64,000 nt of DNA from a virus (IMGVR_UViG_3300031813_000004:86157-150156); one strand, 5' to 3'; positions 1-9,706 are shown, numbered from the stretch's first letter. Made by a program: numbers and translations. The notes: generated from the sequence alone by a model not told the origin.

Positions 1-506
1 ATTCCAGTTTTACCTTTACAAGCTTTAGCAGCTTTTGAAAAATAATTTTTATAAATTCTATATGCTGCATATAATGCTGCTGCAACTACAACACCAACGG
101 CTATACCTTTTTCTACATTAGATATTTTATGTTTAACTTTTGCATTAATAGGTGCATCAATTATTTTATGAGGTCTTGCTTTGGTTGGAGGATCAACATT
201 CATTATATCTGGTCGTTTTACAGTATATGTAGCATCAACAGCGTTAGCTTTACTTTTTGAATAATTATTTTTTTGATATTTCTCACCGTTTGCTTCTATT
301 AAATTTTCATATATCATAATTTGTTTATTAGATATATTTAAATTAGATTCAAAAAATAAAGATATAGTTTGTTTATAATCTAGATTTTTAATCCATTCTC
401 TAAATTCTTTTCTTTCTTCTAATGTGGTAACTTCTTTAAAATTTTTATTGAATGATTCATCAATAAGGTATTGTTTACATACAATTTCTAAATCAAATTT
501 TTCCAT
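1..506 (-). CDS. Hydrophobic-helix + 4-Cys late protein family member, type B N-terminus (3' end runs off the window)
   Basis: Manual translation MEKFDLEIVCKQYLIDES...FREWIKNLDYKQTISLFFESNLNIS...VVVAAALYAAYRIYKNYFSKAAKACKGKTG; close paralog of 50099..50971; RBS GAGGA upstream. Confidence 0.85.
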   Translation of the reverse strand, partial: MEKFDLEIVCKQYLIDESFNKNFKEVTTLEERKEFREWIKNLDYKQTISLFFESNLNISNKQIMIYENLIEANGEKYQKNNYSKSKANAVDATYTVKRPDIMNVDPPTKARPHKIIDAPINAKVKHKISNVEKGIAVGVVVAAALYAAYRIYKNYFSKAAKACKGKTG

Positions 507-521
507 TATTGATTCCTCATT

Positions 522-1394
522 CTATATTTTATTTTGTAATTTATTAATTTTCTTAATAATATTCTGTTTACATTTATTAGGATCTTTGACTGAGTTACAG
601 GAACTCATTCCTGATTTTAATTGACCTATTTGAGATTGTATAGCAGCCCTTTTAAAATTATACATGCATTGTTTCTTTTCTGGTCCTGAGAATTTAGAAC
701 AAGACCTAGCTGCTTTACTTAATTTATCTCTATATATTTTAGTAGCTGCTAATGCAATTAAAGATACAATAACAGCAGCACCTAATCCTTTTCCTAATGG
801 AGTTCTAACAAATCTATTAACAGATGCAACTCCATTCATCGCAGCAGTTCTTCCTGCTTTTAATGAAGCCATTACTTTTCCTGGAGCTGCTTTAATTTGC
901 CCAGGTATATCTTTAACAGTTTGTACATAACCTTTAGCTGGTCTCATCATATGAGCAGTTATAGCCATATTACCAACTTTAGCTGCTGCACCTAAAGCTT
1001 TACTTCCAGCACTTTCTTCATCATCTTCATAATCATTATATCTACCACGTTCTACAATATAACTCATTGTAGAAGCTGAAGATGATAACCCAATTTCATT
1101 TAAGGATCCAACTTCAACAATACATTGTTTAATCTCTTTATCAATATTTTTATCTAAATTAATAGATTCTTTTAATGATTTAAAAAGTTTTATTTGATTA
1201 TCATGATTATATCTAGTTTCAGGAAATTTACCTTCCTGTAAAATAGATATTATTTCATAATCTGAAGCCTCAATCATGATATATTTTTCAGCTAGAGATT
1301 TATCAGTTTTATTTAAATTAGATTCATTATGGATCATTTCATTAATTGTTTGTCTAGCAAATAAAAGAAATAAAACTGAGTCTTTAATATTCAT
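522..1394 (-). CDS. Hydrophobic-helix + 4-Cys late protein family member, type A (EASDYE N-terminus)
   Basis: ORF track; EASDYE motif, hydrophobic helix, C-x10-C...C-x8-C tail shared with neighbours. Confidence 0.85.
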   Translation of the reverse strand: MNIKDSVLFLLFARQTINEMIHNESNLNKTDKSLAEKYIMIEASDYEIISILQEGKFPETRYNHDNQIKLFKSLKESINLDKNIDKEIKQCIVEVGSLNEIGLSSSASTMSYIVERGRYNDYEDDEESAGSKALGAAAKVGNMAITAHMMRPAKGYVQTVKDIPGQIKAAPGKVMASLKAGRTAAMNGVASVNRFVRTPLGKGLGAAVIVSLIALAATKIYRDKLSKAARSCSKFSGPEKKQCMYNFKRAAIQSQIGQLKSGMSSCNSVKDPNKCKQNIIKKINKLQNKI

Positions 1395-1398
1395 TATA

Positions 1399-2205
1399 TT
1401 ACCTCATCTCACTGAGTTTATTTTCTAATTTAAGAATTTTAACTTTAATTACATTTTCACATTTTTGTTTATTTTCTTTACTAGAACAAGTAATCATACC
1501 TTGTCTTAAAGTTTGAATTTGTTTTTGAATCGCATTAATCTTAAATTTTTTAATACAATTTATTTTTTCCGGACCTTTAAATTTGCCACATTGTTTTGAT
1601 ACTTCAGCAAAATTCTTTTCATAAACAACTATTGCTGCATATATTACTAAAGCCGCAGTTAAAGCTGCACCTATTTTTTTTCCATTTGGTGTTTTAAGAT
1701 ATGACCCTAAATTAGATAAACCTTTTTGCGCATATAACTTACCTGTAGTATATAAATCTTTTCCTGCTGTAGATGCAGCTCCACCTACAATACCACCAGC
1801 AACCATAAGTCCATATTTCTTTTTATAATTTTCAGGTTTTTTATCTTTCTTTTCATTTAAAAATATTTTTAATAAATCATTTGATGATTCTTTTAAAACA
1901 TGTACTTCTTGTATAACACTTACTAATGTTTCTTTTCCTAAATATTTATATAAGTTATCAAAGTCTTCTATAATTAATGATTTAAATGATTTTAAAAGTT
2001 CTACTTCCTTCAAGGAGTTATACTTTTCTATAGGATAATTTCCGGTTAAAGCCAGAGTTAGAAGTTCATAATCGGATGCCTCAGAAAGTATATAGTCGAT
2101 GGACAATTTTTTAGCTTGGTCATTTAAATGACTCGTATTGAGAAACTCTGAGAGTGTTCTCCTTAATGCTAAAAAGAATGTCAAAGAATTTTTAATATTT
2201 TTCAT
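1399..2205 (-). CDS. Hydrophobic-helix + 4-Cys late protein family member, type A
   Basis: Start moved to MKNIKNSLTFF (2205) by alignment to paralogs and upstream AAGGAG; EASDYE motif and 4-Cys tail. Confidence 0.85.
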   Translation of the reverse strand: MKNIKNSLTFFLALRRTLSEFLNTSHLNDQAKKLSIDYILSEASDYELLTLALTGNYPIEKYNSLKEVELLKSFKSLIIEDFDNLYKYLGKETLVSVIQEVHVLKESSNDLLKIFLNEKKDKKPENYKKKYGLMVAGGIVGGAASTAGKDLYTTGKLYAQKGLSNLGSYLKTPNGKKIGAALTAALVIYAAIVVYEKNFAEVSKQCGKFKGPEKINCIKKFKINAIQKQIQTLRQGMITCSSKENKQKCENVIKVKILKLENKLSEMR

Positions 2206-2239
2206 CGAAAAGTATAACTCCTTGAATCTGTATAATTTA

Positions 2240-3262
2240 TTAAATTTTAGCTTGAAGCTTAGAAATCTTAGCTTGAATAGAAGCTTTGCATTTAGCAGGA
2301 TCCTTGGTAGAAGCACAACCAGAGAACCCAGCCCTTAACTGAGCAATCTGAGCCTGGATTGCAGCCTTCTTAAACTTGTTAAGGCAGTCTTGTCTTTCTG
2401 GACCAGTCTTACCTTTGCAAGCTTTTGCACCTGCACTGAATTTTGCTTTATAAACTTTATAAGCTGCATATGCAACAAGCGAAGCTAAAAGAGCGCCACC
2501 AATATAACGACCTTTTTTAGAATTAGCGAATGCAACAACTGCAGATGCACCATTCTGAGCAGCAGCTTTACCACTAGCAACAGTGTTACCTGCTTTCATT
2601 CTTAATTTTTCACCACTAACAGTTGCAGAAGAAACATTATGTGCAGTTTCTGGATTTCTAGTACTAGCAGTTCCAAAAACACCTTTACCAAAATCTTTAG
2701 CTTTACCAGGTGCACTTCTAACAGCAGATGCTGCAGATTTAGCTTTACCAGGAATACTTCTAATAGCACCACCAACATGAGCAGGTGCATTCTTAACTGC
2801 TTTACCAGCATAACCAGCTCTAGCTTTCATTCTATTACCAAAGTTAGCAGCAGTGTGCCCTTTTAATTTTCCAGCTGGAACTAAGTCATACGGAAGTTCT
2901 AACAGGAAATTAGCAATAGGAGCTGCCGAAGAAAGACCATATTCACTAAGAGCAGTAATATCACTAACAAAGTCAGTGGTAACATCTTCAGAAAGATATT
3001 GGCTGAAAGTGTCAAAGTTTTCAATAATGCAAGTTCTAACATCTTCAAAAAGAGCAGCTTCTTTTTCACTATTGTACTTCTCATCAGGAAGTTCACCTTC
3101 AACAGCAAGACTCATAACTTCATAATCTGAAGCCTCATTCATAATGAAGTTTTTGTTTTGGATTTTTTCAATCTTAGTAGACTCTTCATTCAGGTCAACG
3201 AATTCACACATAGTCTTTCTAAGTGTGGTTAAGAAAATTAAAGAATCAGATACATTACTCAT
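2240..3262 (-). CDS. Hydrophobic-helix + 4-Cys late protein family member, type A, long Ala/Gly/Lys linker
   Basis: EASDYE motif; GGALLASLVAYAAY helix; CKGKTGPERQDC...CASTKDPAKC; strong RBS AGGAGG. Confidence 0.85.
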   Translation of the reverse strand: MSNVSDSLIFLTTLRKTMCEFVDLNEESTKIEKIQNKNFIMNEASDYEVMSLAVEGELPDEKYNSEKEAALFEDVRTCIIENFDTFSQYLSEDVTTDFVSDITALSEYGLSSAAPIANFLLELPYDLVPAGKLKGHTAANFGNRMKARAGYAGKAVKNAPAHVGGAIRSIPGKAKSAASAVRSAPGKAKDFGKGVFGTASTRNPETAHNVSSATVSGEKLRMKAGNTVASGKAAAQNGASAVVAFANSKKGRYIGGALLASLVAYAAYKVYKAKFSAGAKACKGKTGPERQDCLNKFKKAAIQAQIAQLRAGFSGCASTKDPAKCKASIQAKISKLQAKI

Positions 3263-3321
3263 ATTGTTATTCCTCCTAGGTTTATTTGCTTCACTCCATT
3301 TATGTATGTGAAGGTTTAATG

Positions 3322-4044
3322 TTATTTTGGTTCTTGATAATTTTGAACAGTATTCTTAGCAGCAGCAAACAGTGAAGCATAATTTTGGCAATTTGCTAAC
3401 ACCCAAGGTTCATGCCAAATATAGTCAACATTGAATTCAATTTCAACATCTAATTTTGCAACAGATTCAACATCTCCATGATATAAATCTTGTGGATCTT
3501 TAGTCGGGAAAACACCATCATAACATGCAAAATATTCTACTCTTTGTGCATCAGGAGCAGTAGTCCAGTAATATAAAGTACCTGCATAATCTTTCTTAGT
3601 GTATCCACCACCATCTGTAGTAGCAGCTAAATTAGTAGTACCGGTTCTGTAGTCACGAATCATTTTAACCCAACCATGCATAATATCAAGGATAGGTTCA
3701 CTCCAGAATTCAATGAATTTTAATGATACAGAGTTCTGGTAATCAATGTTACCAGGTACTGCCCATTTAACTCCACCAAGCCCAGTATATTCAACTTTCT
3801 GTAAAGTACCACCGGGAGGAGTTACAGAAGTACATGTTGCAGCTAATACATTTTGAATGTCTGCTGTAGATGAAAGACCACTATTTCCCAATTTACTGTA
3901 ATTTACTATCTGTGGGGGTAGATAAGAAAACCAGCAAAAGTGATACCCAGAGAGGTATGGTTCCGCAGTTCCTACATTAGTTCCACCGAATTTTCTTGTT
4001 AATATATTTTCTTGTAATGCTGCAAACGAAGTCTTCATACCCAT
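3322..4044 (-). CDS. Tail tube protein (T4 gp19-like)
   Basis: TSVTPPGGT..KVEY.GLGGVKWAVPGNIDY.NSVSL.F.E and YDGVFP...VEIEFNVDY pattern typical of myovirus tubes; size 240 aa. Confidence 0.7.
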   Translation of the reverse strand: MGMKTSFAALQENILTRKFGGTNVGTAEPYLSGYHFCWFSYLPPQIVNYSKLGNSGLSSTADIQNVLAATCTSVTPPGGTLQKVEYTGLGGVKWAVPGNIDYQNSVSLKFIEFWSEPILDIMHGWVKMIRDYRTGTTNLAATTDGGGYTKKDYAGTLYYWTTAPDAQRVEYFACYDGVFPTKDPQDLYHGDVESVAKLDVEIEFNVDYIWHEPWVLANCQNYASLFAAAKNTVQNYQEPK

Positions 4045-4045
4045 C

Positions 4046-5575
4046 TTATTTATCCTCCAATAACTTATTTATCATACTAAATTTAATACTTCCACAATCC
4101 CATATAATAAAGTATCCTTCTTGTCTTCTAATAATATGTTCGGGTATTTCTTTAGGATCTAGTTCTGTTTTTCGTAATGAAAATCTATGTATTCTTTTAT
4201 ATCCTTTATTATACCAATAATTAATAGAAGTATTATGTTTAAATTCAAAACCTAATTTATAATATAAATCACCATCAGACCATCTTCTGTCAGCATAACT
4301 AAATATTTCAGACCAAATATAATTTTTTTTAAAATAACTAAGAAATTTACTAGCTATACCAGGAATTTGATAATTAGAATTAGAACAAAATCTATTTAAT
4401 TCCCATATATCATCTTTATGTTTAGATCCTTTAGAAATATTACCATGACCAAAAGTCATAACTGAAATCAATTCTTCATTATAAAAAGCTCCTAATTTAA
4501 TAACAGAGCTATCTTTACCTTGAATATGAAATTTATCCAAAAATTCATTTTTAATTGTTGGAGAAATTTCTTTAATAATACATTTTCTTGCATAAATTTT
4601 TAATTGATTATTCGATTTAAATATTTGTCTTAATCTACTTTTAACAATATCTTTTTTAAATAACCATTCATCTTCAAATATATGTATTAATCTAATATTT
4701 TGATCATTACAACTAATAGTTTTATCTAAATGATAATGAGGATTTTTAGATGGATCTGAATCAGTTTCATCCGAGTGTCTATAAAAACCATCAAATTCTA
4801 TAGCTATATTTTTATCTGGGATATAAATATCAATTTCTCTAGGAGATATAATTTTTCTGTTTCTCCTAATAATATTTGATATACCCAATTCAGTTAAAAA
4901 TTCAACAATTTCATCTTCAGGTTTGGATTGAGTATTACTAGGAAAACAAATTGGACATTTTTTCCATTGTTGAACATAATTCCAAATTGATTTAAATTCA
5001 TTATTACAAATTAAACATCTAAAAGTAGCTTCTTCAGTTGCATCTTTATATTCAGAAATCATTTCTAAATTTTTATTTTTTAATATATCAAATACAACAT
5101 TATTTATATGATTTTTTTGCCTAGTATCATGTCTTTTTTTTATAGCACTTTCAGTTTGCCCAGGATTATAAACACCATTTTTTTCAAAGCATTTATCTCT
5201 AGATTTTTGTTTGATTTTATCTGTTGCATTAGCATTTTCATTACCATGTCTTTCTAAATTAGTTTTAGCTCTTTTTTGTTTAACTAAATTCTCATCACAT
5301 TTAGATCTAGTTTCTTTAAACTTAACAATTCTTTCTTCACTACCTTGTGAACATTTTGCTCCACAATGTTTTTGATAACCTAAATAAACACCAAGAAAAG
5401 GTGTTGGTTCATTGCATAAAGGGCATATCTCTTCATCAGGTTTCTTTAAATATTTATCATAATAATCTTTAGCACTTATTTTATGAGCTAAAGTAACATG
5501 ACAAAAACCTTTAGTTGACTTTATTTCTTTACCACAAATTTCACATTTAATATTCAATTCGTTAGACCCGTTCAT
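4046..5575 (-). CDS. Free-standing Hef-like / PD-(D/E)xK homing endonuclease with Zn fingers
   Basis: CxxC motifs; EIDIYIPDKNIAIEFDG catalytic motif; IHIFEDEW; C-terminal ELNRFC...SYADRRWSDG.LY..LGF...WDCG domain common in large-phage endonucleases. Confidence 0.75.
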   Translation of the reverse strand: MNGSNELNIKCEICGKEIKSTKGFCHVTLAHKISAKDYYDKYLKKPDEEICPLCNEPTPFLGVYLGYQKHCGAKCSQGSEERIVKFKETRSKCDENLVKQKRAKTNLERHGNENANATDKIKQKSRDKCFEKNGVYNPGQTESAIKKRHDTRQKNHINNVVFDILKNKNLEMISEYKDATEEATFRCLICNNEFKSIWNYVQQWKKCPICFPSNTQSKPEDEIVEFLTELGISNIIRRNRKIISPREIDIYIPDKNIAIEFDGFYRHSDETDSDPSKNPHYHLDKTISCNDQNIRLIHIFEDEWLFKKDIVKSRLRQIFKSNNQLKIYARKCIIKEISPTIKNEFLDKFHIQGKDSSVIKLGAFYNEELISVMTFGHGNISKGSKHKDDIWELNRFCSNSNYQIPGIASKFLSYFKKNYIWSEIFSYADRRWSDGDLYYKLGFEFKHNTSINYWYNKGYKRIHRFSLRKTELDPKEIPEHIIRRQEGYFIIWDCGSIKFSMINKLLEDK

Positions 5576-5612
5576 TTAAATATCCTTTTTATAAAAATAA
5601 ACCTCATTTTAA

Positions 5613-5622
5613 TTTTGTTCTT
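5613..5622 (-). promoter_or_regulatory. Putative late promoter motif AAGAACAAAA(TT)
   Basis: Same motif upstream of five minus-strand genes/operons. Confidence 0.55.
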
Positions 5623-5666
5623 AATTATCTTAAAGATGACTAAGAATTTAAGGATTCATTCCCTTG

Positions 5667-5682
5667 CTATATATATTAATTA
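5667..5682 (+). promoter_or_regulatory. Putative early promoter motif CTATATATATTAATTA
   Basis: Identical 16-mer at the head of all three plus-strand blocks. Confidence 0.7.
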
Positions 5683-5724
5683 ATAAGATATTAATTCAAT
5701 TAAATTTTATAAGGGGGATTTAAT

Positions 5725-6003
5725 ATGAAACATATGTTGAAAAATATCACAGGAGAGAAAAAAGAAATGATTGATAACATTATCAAGAAAAATAACAACC
5801 CTCATATCATTAATGAATATGTAAAATTTAACAAATTTAATGATGAAATGGTAGTTACGATAGATGGTTGTTTTAATAGTACTGACCTTCGTTGTATTGC
5901 AGATATAATGGATGTACTCAATAAAGAAAATACAAAGGAGATAAGCAATGAAAAGACTACTTTTAATAGCATACGTAATCTTAACAGCATTAATCTTTTA
6001 TAG
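5725..6003 (+). CDS. Hypothetical early protein
   Basis: First ORF after early motif; RBS AAGGGGG. Confidence 0.6.
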   Translation: MKHMLKNITGEKKEMIDNIIKKNNNPHIINEYVKFNKFNDEMVVTIDGCFNSTDLRCIADIMDVLNKENTKEISNEKTTFNSIRNLNSINLL

Positions 6004-6178
6004 TGCTAAACTTGTAATCGAACCTTTAGCAGTAACCCACGACATTTATGAAACTCTTAACATTCAAATGTGGGTGACTCTAATAATCATATTCTCAATC
6101 GTAACAATCTGGAATCGTTTGGGGGTATTAATAAATGATCAAAAATGTCAAAAACATAATAGTTATAGAGATTACTAA
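5948..6178 (+). CDS. Small membrane protein
   Basis: Two hydrophobic segments; AAGGAG RBS. Confidence 0.6.
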   Translation: MKRLLLIAYVILTALIFYSAKLVIEPLAVTHDIYETLNIQMWVTLIIIFSIVTIWNRLGVLINDQKCQKHNSYRDY

Positions 6179-6270
6179 AAAATTAAAAACAATTGCCATT
6201 ACTTGATGAAATAAAAATACCAATTTTAATTACAATGGAAGAATGGTTGAATCAGGGTGGGGAATAAATA

Positions 6271-6300
6271 AAAATTGAGGCTTATATAGCTCAATTTTTT
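6271..6300 (+). terminator. Conserved bulged hairpin, copy 1 (terminator, attenuator or processing site)
   Basis: AAAATTGAGGCT-tatat-AGCTCAATTTT; near-identical copy at 36025. Confidence 0.6.
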
Positions 6301-6325
6301 TAAACTTAATAGATAAAGGATAATT

Positions 6326-7042
6326 ATGAAAGAACAAAATACTCTAACTGACCAATTTAGAATTGTATGGGAAGATCTGTTAAATGAAATGGAACAAGAA
6401 AAAATTTTTGATGGAGATTTTTTTAATCGAGCCGCTGCCTGGGAAATGTATAATATGTTAGTAATGTTTTACAATGGTCCTAAAAGATATTATCATACAT
6501 TAAAACATATATTAGATATGATTAAAAATTATTATCAATATTATAAATCTAATTCAGTATATAATCATAGTATTATAATTTTTTCAATTATTTTTCATGA
6601 TGCTATTTATACTGAACATATAAATTCAGAACAGGCAAGTGCTTTATTATTATTTCAGTGTTGTGATATATTAGGATTAGCAAAAAGTTTCAAAGAACTA
6701 GTATTTAGAATTATATTAAATACCAAACATTCTGGATATAATAAATTAAAACAAGATTTAGATAGAAGAATTGTAGATTTAGATTTAATGGTATTAGCAT
6801 CAGATAAAGATGAGTATAATGAATATTGTAAATTAATTAAAATGGAATATATTCATTTAGGCGAATACATGTATTTAAAAGGTAGAAAAAAATTTTTAGA
6901 AAAAATGTTAAATAGAGAAAGAATATTTTATAATGATATGTTTACTAATTTAGAAATAAAAGCTAAAAATAATATGAATGAAGAATTAAAATTAATAATT
7001 GGAGAATTTGTAGATTATTCATTAAAAAATGCATTAAAATAA
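6326..7042 (+). CDS. HD-superfamily metal-dependent phosphohydrolase (COG4339-like)
   Basis: Y..PKRYYHTLKHI, FHDAIY, SEQASA, DLDL.VLA, R.KFL motifs. Confidence 0.8.
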   Translation: MKEQNTLTDQFRIVWEDLLNEMEQEKIFDGDFFNRAAAWEMYNMLVMFYNGPKRYYHTLKHILDMIKNYYQYYKSNSVYNHSIIIFSIIFHDAIYTEHINSEQASALLLFQCCDILGLAKSFKELVFRIILNTKHSGYNKLKQDLDRRIVDLDLMVLASDKDEYNEYCKLIKMEYIHLGEYMYLKGRKKFLEKMLNRERIFYNDMFTNLEIKAKNNMNEELKLIIGEFVDYSLKNALK

Positions 7043-7054
7043 GGAGGTTAGATT

Positions 7055-8428
7055 TTGGATGCAATAGAAATTATTAAAACTTTACAAGAACAAGGGTATG
7101 AAGCATATTTAGTTGGTGGATGTGTTAGAGATATGTTATTAGGAATTCCTGAAAAAGATAAAGATGTGGTTACATCAGCAACTCCAGATCAAATTATGGA
7201 ATTGTTTAAAAGAGATGAAAAAAATAAAGTTAAGGAATGTGGAGAAAATTTTGCAGTTATTTTAGTTAATAAAATTGAAGTTGCATCATATAGAACTGAT
7301 GTATATACAGGATTTAATGATAAAAGTGTAAAAGTAACATTAGCTAAAACTTTGGTTGAAGATGTTTATCGTAGAGATTTAAGTGTGAACGGAATTGCAT
7401 TCAATCCAATTAATAATAAACTTATAGATTATTGTAATGGCCAAGAAGATTTAAAAAATAAATTGATAAGATTTATAGGAGATCCAAAACATAGAATATT
7501 TGAAGACCCAAATAGAATTATTAGAGCTTGTAGATTTAAAGCTAAAATTGATGGAATATTTGATGATCTTACATTAGAACATTTAAAGTTAATGACTCCC
7601 ATAGCTTTTCCTCATATTAAAAAAGAAAGAATTAGATTAGAAATATTAAAAGCAATGGAAATAGAAAAAGCATCAATATTTTTTGAAGCATTACATGAAA
7701 TTGGCATGTTAAAATATATTTTTCCAACATTAGATTTATGTTATGGTCATGCTCATGGCCCACATCATAATGAAGATATTTTTACTCATATGATGTTAAG
7801 TGGAGATTCTGCATCTACTAAATATCCTTTAATTAAATTAGCAGCTTATTTACATGATATTGGAAAACCATTAACATGTAAAATTAATCCTAAAACTAAT
7901 GACTTTTTCTTTTTAGACCACGCTCATGTTGGGGCTAAAATATTACAAACAGAATTATTAAATTTAAGATTTAGTAAAGAAGAAATAAATTTAATAACTG
8001 GTGTAACTGATTTACATATGAGAATAATACCTGCTGAAAAAATAACACCAAAATGTGTTAGAAGAATATTATCAATTTTAAATGAAAGAAATATTCAATA
8101 TAAAGATTTATTAAGATTAAGTTTTTATGATGGAATGGGAAGAATCAGATATGATGTTAATAAAAAAGTAACATTTGAATATTATAAAAAAAGAAGTAAA
8201 ATGTTTTATTATGAAACACATAGACCAAATCCTGTTCATTACCTTAGTAATTTAGCTTTAAAAGGGAATGATATAATTGAAATATTAAATATCAAACCTG
8301 GAGTAATTGTTGGAGAAATCCTCAATTATTTATATGAAGAAGTTTTAGATAATCCTGATTTAAATAATAAAGAAGAATTAACTAAATTAGTAATAGAATA
8401 TTGTGGGGATAAAGATAATGAGTTATGA
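7055..8428 (+). CDS. cca: CCA-adding tRNA nucleotidyltransferase / poly(A) polymerase family with HD domain
   Basis: LVGGCVRD, DKDV, RRDLSVNG, EDPNRIIRACRF, ERI..E, LHDIGK motifs. Confidence 0.9.
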   Translation: MDAIEIIKTLQEQGYEAYLVGGCVRDMLLGIPEKDKDVVTSATPDQIMELFKRDEKNKVKECGENFAVILVNKIEVASYRTDVYTGFNDKSVKVTLAKTLVEDVYRRDLSVNGIAFNPINNKLIDYCNGQEDLKNKLIRFIGDPKHRIFEDPNRIIRACRFKAKIDGIFDDLTLEHLKLMTPIAFPHIKKERIRLEILKAMEIEKASIFFEALHEIGMLKYIFPTLDLCYGHAHGPHHNEDIFTHMMLSGDSASTKYPLIKLAAYLHDIGKPLTCKINPKTNDFFFLDHAHVGAKILQTELLNLRFSKEEINLITGVTDLHMRIIPAEKITPKCVRRILSILNERNIQYKDLLRLSFYDGMGRIRYDVNKKVTFEYYKKRSKMFYYETHRPNPVHYLSNLALKGNDIIEILNIKPGVIVGEILNYLYEEVLDNPDLNNKEELTKLVIEYCGDKDNEL

Positions 8429-8623
8429 TTTTATAGAAACTTCTGTTGTTTGGGGAACTGTATGTTTTTCGTTTTTCTGGAGAATTAAATTTATTAGAGA
8501 TTACACAGGTACTTTATTATTTAGTTTAGGTTATTATCTATTTGTTTTATACAATCTATTTAGATAAATTTAAAATAATATTTGTATAGAATAATTCTAT
8601 ACATTAACAAAAAGGAGATAAAA

Positions 8624-9385
8624 ATGTTTAGAAAACTGGTAATTTTGATGGGATTAACTTTCATGTTAAGTGGTATTAGTTATGGTGGTCAAACAGCTTG
8701 TCCTCAACATTTTGCTGATGGGCAAGCTCAGGATTTAATTTCATCTCTTTTACCAAGAACTAAAGAATTATGTTTTTCTGAATTTGCTGTTAAACATTCA
8801 GGAGTTACAAGAACTGCACTTTATGCCTCTGAACATTTAACTAAAGACCGTTTGGTTAAAGCTAAATCAGTGCCGAGGCATGATGCATTTCATCCTGAGC
8901 AAAAACTTCTTTTAAATGAGAGAGCTGAATTAAGAGATTATACAAGATCAGGATATGATCGTGGTCATGTTGCACCTGACGCAGATTTTTCAACTCCTGA
9001 ATTTCAACTTGAATGTTTTAGTTTAGCAAATATGGTACCTCAAAATCCAACCAATAACAGAGGGGTTTGGTCAAAGATTGAAGCAGCAGTTAGAAATTAT
9101 ACCAAGAGTACCAACAATAGTGTCTATGTTGTAACTGGTTCAATCTATGATGCAAATCCAAAGAAAATAGGAAATGTATCAGTTCCTACTAAATTATTTA
9201 AAGCTATGTATGATGAAAATCGCAAAATGGCCGGTGCTTATTTAGTTGATAATGCATCTAAAACAGAAGTACAACAAATTTCACTTTATACATTAAAACA
9301 AATGAGTGGTATTGATGTATTCCCATCTCTACCTGATGTAATTAAAAATACATGTATGAGACTTCCAACCCCGCATGGTAATTAA
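8624..9385 (+). CDS. Secreted DNA/RNA non-specific endonuclease (NucA/EndA family)
   Basis: GYDRGHVAP, NMVPQ...NRGVW..IE; signal peptide; start set at ATG after AAGGAG. Confidence 0.9.
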   Translation: MFRKLVILMGLTFMLSGISYGGQTACPQHFADGQAQDLISSLLPRTKELCFSEFAVKHSGVTRTALYASEHLTKDRLVKAKSVPRHDAFHPEQKLLLNERAELRDYTRSGYDRGHVAPDADFSTPEFQLECFSLANMVPQNPTNNRGVWSKIEAAVRNYTKSTNNSVYVVTGSIYDANPKKIGNVSVPTKLFKAMYDENRKMAGAYLVDNASKTEVQQISLYTLKQMSGIDVFPSLPDVIKNTCMRLPTPHGN

Positions 9386-9391
9386 AAACTA

Positions 9392-9440
9392 AAATTTAGG
9401 GAGAGTTAATAATAATAAAAAATTAACTCTCCCTAAATTT
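9392..9440. terminator. Perfect 19-bp inverted repeat hairpin
   Basis: AAATTTAGGGAGAGTTAAT / ATTAACTCTCCCTAAATTT with 11-nt loop. Confidence 0.6.
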
Positions 9441-9454
9441 ATAAGGAGAAGTAA

Positions 9455-9706
9455 GTGAAAAAATATATCATTATATTATTTTTATTTTTAACAAGTTGTA
9501 ATCAAGCAAATTATACAAATCAAATAATACAAGAAATTAGAAACCAATATCCATCATGTGATATTAGTAGTGCATCGGTAATAAATAATGAGATATCATA
9601 TCATTATATTATTAGAACAATTGACGGAACAGTATTGTATATAATAGGAAACAGTAATAATCCAAAAATTATAACAAGTATTAGATTAATAGGACCTAAT
9701 AGATAA
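9455..9706 (+). CDS. Small lipoprotein
   Basis: Lipobox FLTSC after basic/hydrophobic N-terminus. Confidence 0.6.
   Translation: MKKYIIILFLFLTSCNQANYTNQIIQEIRNQYPSCDISSASVINNEISYHYIIRTIDGTVLYIIGNSNNPKIITSIRLIGPNR

Noticed and set aside
424-3125. Short antisense and alternate-frame ORFs (also 17579, 17792, 20150, 29378, 45487, 48839, 55193, 58150-63832 +)
   Set aside because: Shadows of longer, motif-supported genes, without RBS
6135-6267. Possible frameshifted small ORF ending ...EEWLNQGGE
   Set aside because: No clear start or homology to define the frame
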